Source: an uncultured virus (IMG/VR IMGVR_UViG_3300043803_002450) (lineage: Duplodnaviria; Heunggongvirae; Uroviricota; Caudoviricetes). Taken from it: a stretch of DNA of 64,000 nt. The stretch is from the IMG/VR virus record IMGVR_UViG_3300043803_002450; one strand, given 5' to 3'. Positions within the stretch are counted from its first letter, which is position 1, and each line of letters begins with the position of its first letter. Shown piece after piece: positions 17,933 through 27,430 of the stretch. The translations under genes were made by a program, and so were the position numbers. The notes beneath the pieces are model-generated. The model was not told where the DNA came from and made no database searches. It saw only the letters and a list, made by a program, of their open reading frames with translations.

Positions 17933-18253
17933 TTGATTCATACGCGAATCAAAATGCGCTACTTAATGGCAAGCAGAGCCAATGCCCTCCGCATGCCTCA
18001 CTACCAGAGGAGACTGCTTGTGGCAGAACGCATGAGGGATGCCCGATTGAATAGCGGACTGTCACAAAGAGCCGTCGCCAAGGAACTGCACATAAGCCAA
18101 ACCACTTATTGCAGAATGGAGAGCGCCGAAACAGAACCTTCTGCAGTCCAGCTTGCAACCCTGAGCGGTCTCTATGGTCTGTCCGTACTCTGGCTGCTTG
18201 GAATGCCTAACTTCGTGGTCAATGCCGCTCAATCCTCGTCGTCTTCGTCCTGA
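17933..18253 (+). CDS. XRE-family HTH transcriptional regulator (start uncertain)
   Basis: RMRDARLNSGLSQRAVAKELHISQTTYCRMES...PS...L...YGLSVLWLLG. Confidence 0.85.
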   Translation: MIHTRIKMRYLMASRANALRMPHYQRRLLVAERMRDARLNSGLSQRAVAKELHISQTTYCRMESAETEPSAVQLATLSGLYGLSVLWLLGMPNFVVNAAQSSSSSS

Positions 18254-18540
18254 ATTTCGCGAATCTGAGCTTCAATGTTTTCCATCACATAGGCCTTGGC
18301 AATGGCCTCTGCTTCAAAGGTGAGCATTTTTACGGGCTCGAAATGCTCGTCGGGCTTGTCATAAAAACTCTCAACAAAGATGTGGGTTTCGTCAAGCCTT
18401 CCGTTCCTGAAGTGCTGCCGCTCAACAAGGCGCCATTGAGAGGTGCCGCGATGCTCTTGGGAGGAAAGAATAGCAAGGGCCTTCATGACGCCAATGCCGT
18501 CTTCCTCTTCTTCCTCAATGACACGCACGTATTCGCTCAT
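18229..18540 (-). CDS. Hypothetical acidic protein
   Basis: 103-aa ORF with phage-like codon usage. Confidence 0.6.
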   Translation of the reverse strand: MSEYVRVIEEEEEDGIGVMKALAILSSQEHRGTSQWRLVERQHFRNGRLDETHIFVESFYDKPDEHFEPVKMLTFEAEAIAKAYVMENIEAQIREIQDEDDED

Positions 18541-18567
18541 TGACCCTTATCGCGACTTTCAACCATC

Positions 18568-19224
18568 TTAATGGTCGGCTTTCGGCATGCACTTCCGCCC
18601 TTTTTGGTGTTGCTTCATGTTTCCCATGGTGCCTCTAATTTGAGCGCCACACCTGCTGCACGTTCTTACCACTTTTCCCTTTTCCTTGTTCAGCCACGTA
18701 TTCATTTCTCTGTTGCGAGCTTTTGCTCTTTCGCTGGAAGCCGCGCGTGCCTCGTCTGAAGACAATGGATGGCCGCCTTCTTCTCGCCACCTTTCCTGCG
18801 TTTTCTTGGTTGTTTCTGAGATCTTTTGACGCCCTTCTTGAGAGAGGGTCCAACCCTCTGCGATACGTTTTTTCATCTGCCGAGAAAGAGAAGCTCTCCC
18901 TTCCGGGGTTTTTGTCCAGTTGTGCTCGCTAAGAGCACGCCTGAGTCTTTCAAATTTGCGCGAGTTCATCTGGGGGTCACGCTTAGACATGCAAAGCAAC
19001 GCCGCAGCCGTCCCTTGACATGGAAACATTTTGAATAAAAGGCGGTGGGCAATCCAATGCTCCCTCAATGTAAGAGGAACAATTTTCTTGTTTTCTTTCC
19101 TATCACTCCAAAAGCAAATAGGAAAATAATGATGCCATTCGTATTTTTGGTTCAGATCCAAATTATCCTTTGTCCTTTTTTTCGCCCTTTCAATTAAGCG
19201 AATATACGCCTGCCTATGATCCAT
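18568..19224 (-). CDS. Free-standing HNH homing endonuclease with NUMOD-like region and C-terminal Zn finger
   Basis: YEWHHYFP...LTLREHWIAHRLL; C-terminal CSRC..H....C; likely start MDHRQAY at 19224. Confidence 0.8.
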   Translation of the reverse strand: MDHRQAYIRLIERAKKRTKDNLDLNQKYEWHHYFPICFWSDRKENKKIVPLTLREHWIAHRLLFKMFPCQGTAAALLCMSKRDPQMNSRKFERLRRALSEHNWTKTPEGRASLSRQMKKRIAEGWTLSQEGRQKISETTKKTQERWREEGGHPLSSDEARAASSERAKARNREMNTWLNKEKGKVVRTCSRCGAQIRGTMGNMKQHQKGRKCMPKADH

Positions 19225-19570
19225 TTTGCTTTTGTCGCTCAACTCGCTCAATTATAGAGCGAGCCCACTTTTCTCCACTCTTTCCACCCCATAACAGCAT
19301 TGATACGAATCCCGCATCGTCTTCTCCGCCGGCAAAATTCTTCGCATGGCGAGAGAAAAATGCAGCCATACGCTTGATGGTTTCGTAGCTCACAGCTTTT
19401 CCGCTGGCCAAGCTCGTTGCCCTGGCCACGCCACTACCAATGCCCTGCTTCCCTGCTTCTTGCGTGGTCAGGCCACCCTTGCCGTATTTCCTTCGAAGCT
19501 CGAGACCACGACGCGCTGCGGCACGAACAGACGATGGAGGGGCGAATGATTCAGCGTCGCCCCTCAGTCC
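19214..19570 (-). CDS. -1 frameshift extension of the 19564-19824 protein
   Basis: Open frame GLRGDAESFAPPSSVRAAARRGLELRRKYG...IKRMAAFFSRH...LLWGG with no canonical start before the conserved-looking part; begins at G GGA AAG. Confidence 0.75.
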   Translation of the reverse strand, partial: GLRGDAESFAPPSSVRAAARRGLELRRKYGKGGLTTQEAGKQGIGSGVARATSLASGKAVSYETIKRMAAFFSRHAKNFAGGEDDAGFVSMLLWGGKSGEKWARSIIERVERQKQNGS

Positions 19571-19824
19571 TTTCCCATTGAATCTTCCATGCCCTCTTCT
19601 TCCTCTTCCGCGCCTCCAAGCTCTTTCATGAAAGCCATGTAGTACTCGTCGCCCATGTCCTTTTTAGGCTTGCGAGACATTCCGGCCTCAGACAAGGCAA
19701 TCGCGAGGGCTTGCTGAGGGCTCTTTACAGGGTCGCCACTACTGCTTTTGAGCTTACCAGCCTTGAATTCCCTCATGACAGTGCGAATTTTTGCCTGCCT
19801 TTCTTTCTTGGTCATTTTGCTCAA
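19564..19824 (-). CDS. Small basic head-module protein (DUF6496-like)
   Basis: KIRTVMREFKAGKLKSSSG..VKSPQQALAIALSEAG motif; acidic tail ending MGKD. Confidence 0.75.
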   Translation of the reverse strand: MSKMTKKERQAKIRTVMREFKAGKLKSSSGDPVKSPQQALAIALSEAGMSRKPKKDMGDEYYMAFMKELGGAEEEEEGMEDSMGKD

Positions 19825-19840
19825 AGAGACTGCATCTATC

Positions 19841-20776
19841 CTAGCCGCCTGGGCTCGTACATCTTTTGCAAATGAAATTGTCTGAACTTTCGATTTGTCC
19901 CGTTACTTGCGCCGCCACTTGTCCAAAGTCCTTTCCTCGATAGTATTCTTCAATCGTCATATCGTTCAGATTGGGGAGCTTAACTTCGGCGTGATAGTCC
20001 ATGCAACACAATCGAATGTCTCCATTCCACATGACATGGAGCCATTCATCAAGACGGCTGCAATGGAACGGCGAACCTGGGCCAATGTCGCGAACCTTTC
20101 CAAAGTTATTCTCGCCAGCACCCCGCTCCTCTCTGTTGATTGTTCCAGCCCTGTCGTGATAAGTGAAATAGTCCAGATCAATCCACGAGAGATCAAACCC
20201 ATGCTCTTTTGAAAGGTTGTACCAATACTCGAAATACTCTTGGCGCGAGAACCAATGACGCCCAATGCCAGTGCGAGAAGATCCACTCCCCCTAATTCGA
20301 ATGTTTAGACGCCCCTTGGCTTCTTTAATCAAATTGATCAAATTAGAAGTGGATCGCTCGTGATTGATCTTCATGATTTCTTCGTGAGAAGCCTTATCAA
20401 TACCATGGTGACTCACCCACACCTCATGGGGCTTGCCTTCCAGCAGCGGGATCAGGCGCTCGGTTTTATCCTTAGAAAGCAGCGCCCCATTCGTTGAGAG
20501 CTCAAGAACAGCTCCCGGGAACTTGCTCTGTATTTCCTCGCACAGTTCAAAAATGCGCTTGTCAACAAACGGCTCTTGCATCAAATAGGGACAAATCTTG
20601 CCGCCATCTTCAATGCTCTCTTTCCATGGCAGCAGCATGTCCAAGATACGAGAAAACAGCTTTCTGTCCATCACGCCGTAATTGGCATGGTGCCAGCTTT
20701 CTATCCAGGGACAAAAAACGCAATTTGCATTACAGGCTCCTTGCGTTTGAATTTGAATGTTCTTGAGGCGATTCAT
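19841..20776 (-). CDS. Radical SAM enzyme with SPASM/twitch domain
   Basis: CNANCVFC (Cx3Cx2C), LSTNG, C-terminal C...NGDIRLCCMD...CKRC. Confidence 0.9.
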   Translation of the reverse strand: MNRLKNIQIQTQGACNANCVFCPWIESWHHANYGVMDRKLFSRILDMLLPWKESIEDGGKICPYLMQEPFVDKRIFELCEEIQSKFPGAVLELSTNGALLSKDKTERLIPLLEGKPHEVWVSHHGIDKASHEEIMKINHERSTSNLINLIKEAKGRLNIRIRGSGSSRTGIGRHWFSRQEYFEYWYNLSKEHGFDLSWIDLDYFTYHDRAGTINREERGAGENNFGKVRDIGPGSPFHCSRLDEWLHVMWNGDIRLCCMDYHAEVKLPNLNDMTIEEYYRGKDFGQVAAQVTGQIESSDNFICKRCTSPGG

Positions 20777-22668
20777 CGGATGCGTGAGGGAGAGTTGTTA
20801 TGGAAGGCGATGGGAGGAAGCGTGTAGCTTTTTAACAAGGGCAAATCTTCTTTTCGATAGGCGAATAGATGATGTTTGCAATCTCGCATGCTTTCTGTGT
20901 TGGCAATCATTTGCAGATCCAGCGGCAAGTAAGCCCGCGAAAAAACTTTGAGGAGCTTAGATAAGCCTTGCTTGGTAACTAAATAACCATCTGTGCCACA
21001 TACATAGCCCCAGGTAAAGCCATCTTTGTTTCGCATGCTGCGATCATTGAAAAACACAAGATCCGCGTCTTCTGGCACTTCAAGAATCAGCGGTCGCATC
21101 ACTTCAGTATCGTCCTCGAGAATCACAAGATGATCCATGCCCTGGTCAAGGGCATACTCCCAAAGGGCAATGGAAGAAAGTATCAGTGCCGCCTCGCCAG
21201 TGCGCTTCAATGTGTCTTTGTCATCGTCAATTTCCCAATCGATTGGTATTGGACTTTGCGCTTCTAGCTCCTTGCGAGACAGTTGCCGACCATCGATCGC
21301 CGCCCACCAATTGAATCCTTGTTCAATTTTGCCCATTTGATCGGCAAACTTCTTGCGTCGCTCATCTCCTTCAATGCTGATGCAGAAGACATTGCTACCT
21401 TCACTGAAATCAATCCATTGAGTTTGTTGGCCAGGGAAGCTCGTCGTCCCCTGGCCCTTAGGCTTTTTTGCAAAGCCCTTAGCAGCGCTTTTCTTTGCCG
21501 TGACAAGCAGTTCCTTGACGATGCTCAGCATTTGCTTTTGGATGGAAGACCATGAGAGCTCTTGTTCATGTACGCGCTGATAACACCAGTCGCCGGCCTG
21601 TTTAAGGGCCATGCGATTGTTGTAATAGCTGGTCAAGAGCTCGGCCATGCTATCAGGCTCTGGCAATGGCCTCTCGAGCCCATAGTTCCTGTCTGTTTCA
21701 GAACCATGACAAGCAATGCGCGGAACGCCATGAAAGATTTCCTTCAGGCTTGTATGGTCTGGAACCAATTGGGCCACGCCCGTGGCGGCATGCTCTGTGT
21801 TGACCAGGCCCCACCCTTCGCCAATGCAAGTATTCACGCCAATGTCGACGGCGTTGTACACCTTGTTCAATTGTTCAATGGGAAGGCAGTTGCTGGTTGA
21901 AAAATGCGGACTGGTAAGAATGAGCTTGCCAGTTGCGTCGTAACCCTCGTCTCGTGCCACGCGCTTGAATAGAGGCACCAAGTCCCATCCCATGTCTTTT
22001 TTGCCCATATTGAGCCATAGTCTTGCGTCTGGCTTGTCCTTGGCAAATTTGATAAAACCCTTGATCGTCAAGTCGATGCGCTTGCGCGGCTGATTTCTGT
22101 TGCCATTGAACACAATGAAAACATCCTCGGGTACCCCCAGCTCCTTGCGGCACTCTGCCTGATCGAGACGGAAGAACTTCGAGAAGTCAGTGCCATGCCC
22201 CACGACGCGGATTTTGTCTTTGTAACCAATCTTTCGGATTTCTTCTGCCCCGAATCGCGTGTAAGTGGCAATGCCGTCCCATTCCTCTAGCGCAGGCAGT
22301 AGTTCAGGAAAGAGTCCATAGCTATCGATTGGCGTGTAGACAAACCACTTGAAACCCAGGGCCTCCTGGAATGGCTTAGCCGCTTCCCAGAGATTGATGG
22401 CGCACCAAATATCATTCGTCACCCACACCAAGTCCGGCTTGACGATCTGCAAGAGCTCTGCCAAGCGATGGCTGCCAAACGGATCAGAGCCGTGAGCCAT
22501 GGCCGGATACATCTTGCAATGCTTCTGCATGGGATCTGGATCACCGTACCAGTTGACTGCCAGCACATGTACGTCGTGCTTCTCTGCAAGGGCCGGAAGC
22601 AGGTATTCCGCCACTCGCCCAAAGCCCGTTTGGCAAGCAGCGTCGCCGCAATAAAGGATGGTTGCCAC
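20773..22668 (-). CDS. Bifunctional glycosyltransferase: N-terminal GT-B (GT4-like) fused to C-terminal GT25-like domain
   Basis: TGFGRV, NRNQPRKRID, EGWGLVNTE in N-half; CISI...RR...AIDG...ILEDD...GTDGYLV...LPLD in C-half. Confidence 0.85.
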   Translation of the reverse strand: MATILYCGDAACQTGFGRVAEYLLPALAEKHDVHVLAVNWYGDPDPMQKHCKMYPAMAHGSDPFGSHRLAELLQIVKPDLVWVTNDIWCAINLWEAAKPFQEALGFKWFVYTPIDSYGLFPELLPALEEWDGIATYTRFGAEEIRKIGYKDKIRVVGHGTDFSKFFRLDQAECRKELGVPEDVFIVFNGNRNQPRKRIDLTIKGFIKFAKDKPDARLWLNMGKKDMGWDLVPLFKRVARDEGYDATGKLILTSPHFSTSNCLPIEQLNKVYNAVDIGVNTCIGEGWGLVNTEHAATGVAQLVPDHTSLKEIFHGVPRIACHGSETDRNYGLERPLPEPDSMAELLTSYYNNRMALKQAGDWCYQRVHEQELSWSSIQKQMLSIVKELLVTAKKSAAKGFAKKPKGQGTTSFPGQQTQWIDFSEGSNVFCISIEGDERRKKFADQMGKIEQGFNWWAAIDGRQLSRKELEAQSPIPIDWEIDDDKDTLKRTGEAALILSSIALWEYALDQGMDHLVILEDDTEVMRPLILEVPEDADLVFFNDRSMRNKDGFTWGYVCGTDGYLVTKQGLSKLLKVFSRAYLPLDLQMIANTESMRDCKHHLFAYRKEDLPLLKSYTLPPIAFHNNSPSRIR

Positions 22669-22705
22669 AAGAAAAAAGAATCTCGCTAGATCCTAGTGGC
22701 CTCGC

Positions 22706-23383
22706 TCAAACCGGCACTGCCGCTGGCTGCTGCCTTAAATACCGCACGCTGCAGCGGCACCTAGCTCCGCATTCACATCGCCGGCCAGGGAGCGGCAAGG
22801 TGCCAATGGGGACTATTCCTTGGGAAGCATATCGGAGACAGTCGCCGCAGTGTTGCGCTTGGCTGTCCAAAATTCTTCGCATAAGGCTATACCCTTGCTC
22901 TTGCTGCCGAAGCTCAGTCCCCTGCCAATAACTACCTCGAACGCTCTGAGCGTATAGGCCAATACGAGCAAGAGCCATGGGAGCAGAAACAGCCCCAGAA
23001 AGCAAGTCCCGAACAAAACCCTGTAGATAAGTATATTCTTCACGAAGTCGCTGACCGATGCGACCGTATTCTGAACTGCCCATATTGGCGCGACCGCCAT
23101 AGCCAATAACCGCTGCCTGAATATGAGCAGCTTTAAGCGATTCGCGGATACTGCCCTGCCACTGGTCAAGCGTAATTTGCTCATCAACCAACATGCGCGT
23201 AAAGCGCCGCAGTTCTGCGTCCAGCTTATCTATGCGCTTGTCCAAAAGCTTCTCCACTGAAGCTTTGCTTAAGAATCGGCCTTTCTCGTCCCGGTAACGT
23301 CCGCTTCGCTGGTCATATGACCACTCGGCGTCCATTCTGCTGGACAGAATGCTTTCGCTGAAGCCGCCAATATCATTCAGCAT
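22706..23383 (-). CDS. Minor head / head morphogenesis protein (MuF-like)
   Basis: Follows portal; C-terminal HCGDC...LPLPG..CEC...CRC motif. Confidence 0.7.
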   Translation of the reverse strand: MLNDIGGFSESILSSRMDAEWSYDQRSGRYRDEKGRFLSKASVEKLLDKRIDKLDAELRRFTRMLVDEQITLDQWQGSIRESLKAAHIQAAVIGYGGRANMGSSEYGRIGQRLREEYTYLQGFVRDLLSGAVSAPMALARIGLYAQSVRGSYWQGTELRQQEQGYSLMRRILDSQAQHCGDCLRYASQGIVPIGTLPLPGRRCECGARCRCSVRYLRQQPAAVPV

Positions 23384-25445
23384 CGTCAGCTTCCAGAAGA
23401 TCCTTAAAGCGCTCAGGGGCTTCCTCTTTCCATTGCTGCAGCGCTGCGTCTACATCGGCTTCGCTGATGAAAGAGGCTTCATCAATATCGCCAAGCATCA
23501 AGCCTTCAACCTTGACCGGCTCGATGGCATCGACTTTGCTGCTGACCAGCTTTGCAGCTCCTTTGCGGTCTGGATTGGGGTCGGCCTTGCGCTTGCGAGC
23601 AACGATTGTCTGGCGCTCTTCTTTGCTCATAGCCTCGGCCTTGGCTTTGGGGAGGCACTTGGGCTTTCCCTCTTTTTCCTCGCGCCCGCCGCATTCTCCG
23701 AGGATCTCCCCATTGGCGCCAATTCTCACCCACTCCTCTTTGAACCATTTGTCCAGATCGTCGTAGTTGACATCGCCATTGTCTCCCTTGAAGCCACTGC
23801 CGCTGCCGTGCTTCCTTTCATAAAGCTCTTTGTATTTCTGAACCATATAGGCGCTGGCATAGGCACTGGGCCACACTTTGAACTTTGCCTTGGCTGCGGC
23901 AATTGCCTGCTGATGCAAATCCTTGTCCTTGAATTCAACATCGCCACGCACCTTCTCTAAGTCCCGAGGAAGGAATAGGCCAGCGGAATCCTCCACTTCC
24001 CTGCTTCCATCCATGGGAAGAGTGCCGTTTTCTTCATTCATGGGGTCCCGACCTCCGGGAGGCACAGCCAAACCACTCCCCCTCTGAGTGGAGCCACCCC
24101 CTCCCTGAGTAGGAAGCTCGCGTACCACAGACGGATCGAGAGTGAGCTCCATTGACCACTCAGACCCCCCATAACGGGCATCCGCCACCTCTTTGGGACT
24201 CAGCACGCCAAGCTGAATATACCGCCCGTCTACGGCCGCCACGCGAGCCCTCACGTCAGCCTTTTCTCGCTCATTAAGCTCAAACAAATTGTTGAACGAA
24301 ATGCGCCAAGATTCGGGCATTCTGCCTTGCGTTGGCCCTGTCTTGCTGAGCATGATGTAGGTCATCAGCTTCTTCAAAGGACGATGGAAAGTGGATTGTT
24401 GGTAGTCGGCAAGCGTCTTGGCAAAATCCCTTTCTTCGCTCCGTCCCGTGGATCCAAGGCCGCTAGGGCTTTCGCCAAATAACACCGTGTGAGGAATCTT
24501 TGAGGCGCCAATAATGTCAACGCGCATCTTTTCTAGGATCTCGCCGACGCCGCCAAAATTTCTGCTAATGAACTCCAACTCTTCCTTTTCCGCATCGATT
24601 GCATAGCCGCGATAAACGCTCTTGCTCATATCATTTAGTACCAAACGATCTCGCACGTCCTTCTCCTTTCCTGCCGCAAGCATTTGAGAAAGACCGCGAA
24701 TTTTGTGGACAAAAATGTCAAACTCGCACAACAGGGTGGCGGCGCTATTTAGGCCCGTCCAATAGTGCTTAAAGCTTTCGTAAATAGTCTGCAAACTGCT
24801 CATTCCCCACCCATAGTTTCTCTGTCTAATGCGATAGGGGAGCCAGTCGCCATCAAAGCGCAAAATTCTGTCTTTATGAATTTTGACTAGCTGTGGCTGA
24901 TTAATAAGGTCGCCAGAAATAATTTGATAGTAAGTTGCCTTGGAATAGTCGTACAAATTGTCTTCGTTAATAATTGGAGCAATTTGCCAGCGGTCCAATA
25001 CTTCCATGCCCTCTACTGCATAAATACGGCTCTTGTCAACGGGCTGGTCGGCGGAACGACCATCGTCAATGTAAAGAAGAATGACTGAGCCTCCGTAGAG
25101 CCTGGAATTCTTAGAGGCAAGCATGAAGTTTTCAAGGATATACAAATCCTCAATCACTTGCTCAATGCCCACTACTTCCTCGGCAGCAGCCCCCTCGCCA
25201 CCGAACAAAACCTTAAAACCTTTCCGAGTGGCTTGCTCTGCGTAAATATCAACAATCCTTCGCGGCAGCCACTCCCCATAGAGCCCCTCAAGCTCTTCTT
25301 GTGCCAGAAAAACAATTGGCTGTGTCTGGGTGGACATGCTCTTGTCACGCCCGGCAAGGCCCATGCCTGTCAGAGCATTGGCTAGTCCGTCATTTCGCAA
25401 GCCACCAACGGATGCATGACCAAGATCCACCACTTCTTCAGACAT
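23373..25445 (-). CDS. Portal protein (DUF1073-like) with C-terminal accessory domains
   Basis: RIVDIYAEQATRKG, SRLYGG, IHKDRILRF, IPHTVLFGESPSGL..TG motifs; about 250 extra C-terminal residues. Confidence 0.9.
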   Translation of the reverse strand: MSEEVVDLGHASVGGLRNDGLANALTGMGLAGRDKSMSTQTQPIVFLAQEELEGLYGEWLPRRIVDIYAEQATRKGFKVLFGGEGAAAEEVVGIEQVIEDLYILENFMLASKNSRLYGGSVILLYIDDGRSADQPVDKSRIYAVEGMEVLDRWQIAPIINEDNLYDYSKATYYQIISGDLINQPQLVKIHKDRILRFDGDWLPYRIRQRNYGWGMSSLQTIYESFKHYWTGLNSAATLLCEFDIFVHKIRGLSQMLAAGKEKDVRDRLVLNDMSKSVYRGYAIDAEKEELEFISRNFGGVGEILEKMRVDIIGASKIPHTVLFGESPSGLGSTGRSEERDFAKTLADYQQSTFHRPLKKLMTYIMLSKTGPTQGRMPESWRISFNNLFELNEREKADVRARVAAVDGRYIQLGVLSPKEVADARYGGSEWSMELTLDPSVVRELPTQGGGGSTQRGSGLAVPPGGRDPMNEENGTLPMDGSREVEDSAGLFLPRDLEKVRGDVEFKDKDLHQQAIAAAKAKFKVWPSAYASAYMVQKYKELYERKHGSGSGFKGDNGDVNYDDLDKWFKEEWVRIGANGEILGECGGREEKEGKPKCLPKAKAEAMSKEERQTIVARKRKADPNPDRKGAAKLVSSKVDAIEPVKVEGLMLGDIDEASFISEADVDAALQQWKEEAPERFKDLLEADDAE

Positions 25446-25511
25446 CGTTCACACAACAGGCTTGCATTCATTCTAAATGTGGCTACCATTGGAGCGATGT
25501 TTTCGTTCTTT

Positions 25512-26015
25512 ATGCCCACGCCCATTGAATTCGTCTTCTCCGCAGAGGAAAGAAAGCAGGCGATGGAGGAGGGACATAGGAGACAGTTCGTCAATGAAGC
25601 CAAGGGACTTCGTGGCCGGAATAAGGGGCCACGCTTTGGAGACAAGGCCTTGGAAGTACATTTGCTTGGCGCAGCAGGAGAAATGGCCGTGGCTGCCTTG
25701 CTAGGCCTTAAGCACGAGCTCTACAGAGAAAGCGAAGCTCGACGCGGCTCAGACGACCTGCCGGGCATCGATGTGAAAACGCGATCAAAACACTCATATG
25801 ACCTCATTGTTCAAAAGAATGAAGACCCGCATAAAAAGTTTGTTCTCGTAACCATTGAAAACCAAAAAACCTTCATCCATGGCTGGTGCTGGGGAGAAGA
25901 GGCGATGGAGGAAAGGTTTTGGGCTGATCCGGCCAGGGGACGGCCTGCCTACTTCGTCCCCAAGGATTTTCTTCGTCCGATGAGCACCCTGAAGCCCCAT
26001 GCTTTCGTGCAGTGA
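25512..26015 (+). CDS. Hypothetical protein, possible PD-(D/E)xK nuclease, coupled to TerL
   Basis: GAAGEMAVA...DD...IDVKT motif; overlaps TerL start. Confidence 0.55.
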   Translation: MPTPIEFVFSAEERKQAMEEGHRRQFVNEAKGLRGRNKGPRFGDKALEVHLLGAAGEMAVAALLGLKHELYRESEARRGSDDLPGIDVKTRSKHSYDLIVQKNEDPHKKFVLVTIENQKTFIHGWCWGEEAMEERFWADPARGRPAYFVPKDFLRPMSTLKPHAFVQ

Positions 26016-27372
26016 TTTTGCGAAGCACGTTCTAAAGCTAGAACTCTGGCCTGAGCAAAAAAGAATTCTCGATGCCTACTTCAGCGGCAACAAAACCCAT
26101 GCCGTATGGGCGCTCGGTAGGCGGTGCGGAAAGACGCTTATGGCGGCTATTGCTGCACTATATGCTTGCTTTGTCCTAGAAGATCAATACAAACGACGAG
26201 TGCGCAAGACTGAAAAGTGGTACATCCTTACCATCGCCAATGATCAAAGCCAGGCAAAGCTCGCCTTGAACAACATTCGTCAGTTGCTCATGGACAGCCC
26301 TCTTGTGGATGAAATTACAAGAGAGACCGCCACTGAAATTGAGACCAGTAACAATTGCGTGTTCCAGGCAATTCCAGCATCCGCTCGAGCGTCTCGAGGC
26401 AAGGCAGTGGTGATGCTAATAATGGACGAGCTTAGCTTCGCAATTGAAGGTGATGCAAACCGAGGGGCCAAGGCAATTTACGACGCTCTCTCTCCGTCCA
26501 TTGCCCAGTTTGGTCAGCACGGCCGCATTCTTGAGCTTTCTTCGCCTTGGCTCACAGACGGTCTTTTCTACCAGCATTACTGCGAGGCCAAGTCTGGAGA
26601 GTTTCCTTTTATGCAGGCAGTGAATCTCCCAACTTGGGAGGTCAATGTTAATTTGCCATGGGGATGTCCATTCCTTGATGCCGAACTGAAGAGAGATCCT
26701 GACAAATTTTGGGTGGAGTATGGCGCTCAATTTGCCAAGAACAATACAGCCCTGCTTGCAACTGAAATCATAGATGCAGCAATCAACAAAGAGAGGAGTG
26801 TGCTTTTTCCAGAAAAGGAATTTACTGGCACCTATGTTCTTTCTCTTGACCCGGCTAGGGGCGGCGTTGGAAGGGATGATTACACGGCTTGTATTGTTCA
26901 TTATGAAGGCACAAGGCTAGTTGTGGACAAGTTTCACGCCTTTGAACCTGACTTTGAAATTGGCGGCAAAAAAGAAGTGAATATGGCAAAAGTGGAGGAA
27001 TGGATTAAGGAGCATCATCGTATTTACGAGTTTCAAAGTATTGTCCTTGACCAGTTCAATAGCAGCTTCATCATTCAAAATCTCTCCAAGGATTTCCCCA
27101 TTGCAGAGCTTGCTTGGTCTGTTAGCACAAAGATGAAAGCCTTCAGCAAGATGAAAGAGCTTTTTAACGCTGGCCTGATTGAGCTCTATCCTCATCAAAA
27201 AGCAATCACTCAGTTAAAAAATCTCAGCGTCATTTATAGGGCAAGCGGACAATGGGCGGTGACTGGAGGCAAGGAAGTGGGAGTTGACGACTATGCATTT
27301 GCGCTAGCTGCGGCTATTTTGGAGGCATCAAAAGATAACGACATTGACTGGTTAAACAGTCTCGTGCGATAA
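25999..27372 (+). CDS. Terminase large subunit
   Basis: Walker A GRRCGKT, Walker B LIMDE, nuclease LSLDPA...DDY, C-terminal DD. Confidence 0.92.
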   Translation: MLSCSDFAKHVLKLELWPEQKRILDAYFSGNKTHAVWALGRRCGKTLMAAIAALYACFVLEDQYKRRVRKTEKWYILTIANDQSQAKLALNNIRQLLMDSPLVDEITRETATEIETSNNCVFQAIPASARASRGKAVVMLIMDELSFAIEGDANRGAKAIYDALSPSIAQFGQHGRILELSSPWLTDGLFYQHYCEAKSGEFPFMQAVNLPTWEVNVNLPWGCPFLDAELKRDPDKFWVEYGAQFAKNNTALLATEIIDAAINKERSVLFPEKEFTGTYVLSLDPARGGVGRDDYTACIVHYEGTRLVVDKFHAFEPDFEIGGKKEVNMAKVEEWIKEHHRIYEFQSIVLDQFNSSFIIQNLSKDFPIAELAWSVSTKMKAFSKMKELFNAGLIELYPHQKAITQLKNLSVIYRASGQWAVTGGKEVGVDDYAFALAAAILEASKDNDIDWLNSLVR

Positions 27373-27430
27373 CCGCCTGTAGAATTTTCACTATTATTCC
27401 TTTTTCCACTTTGCTGAAAATTGGCTGGCA

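Noticed and set aside
19841..22668. 7-deazaguanine or Z-base DNA modification cluster
   Set aside because: No DpdA, QueC/D, FolE or PurZ-like genes seen; the radical SAM protein has a SPASM domain, unlike QueE
23506..23670. In-frame G GGA AAG in the portal C-terminal region as a fourth frameshift
   Set aside because: The 0 frame continues through a conserved-looking motif (KPKCLP), the -1 frame looks non-coding and no clear stimulatory stem follows
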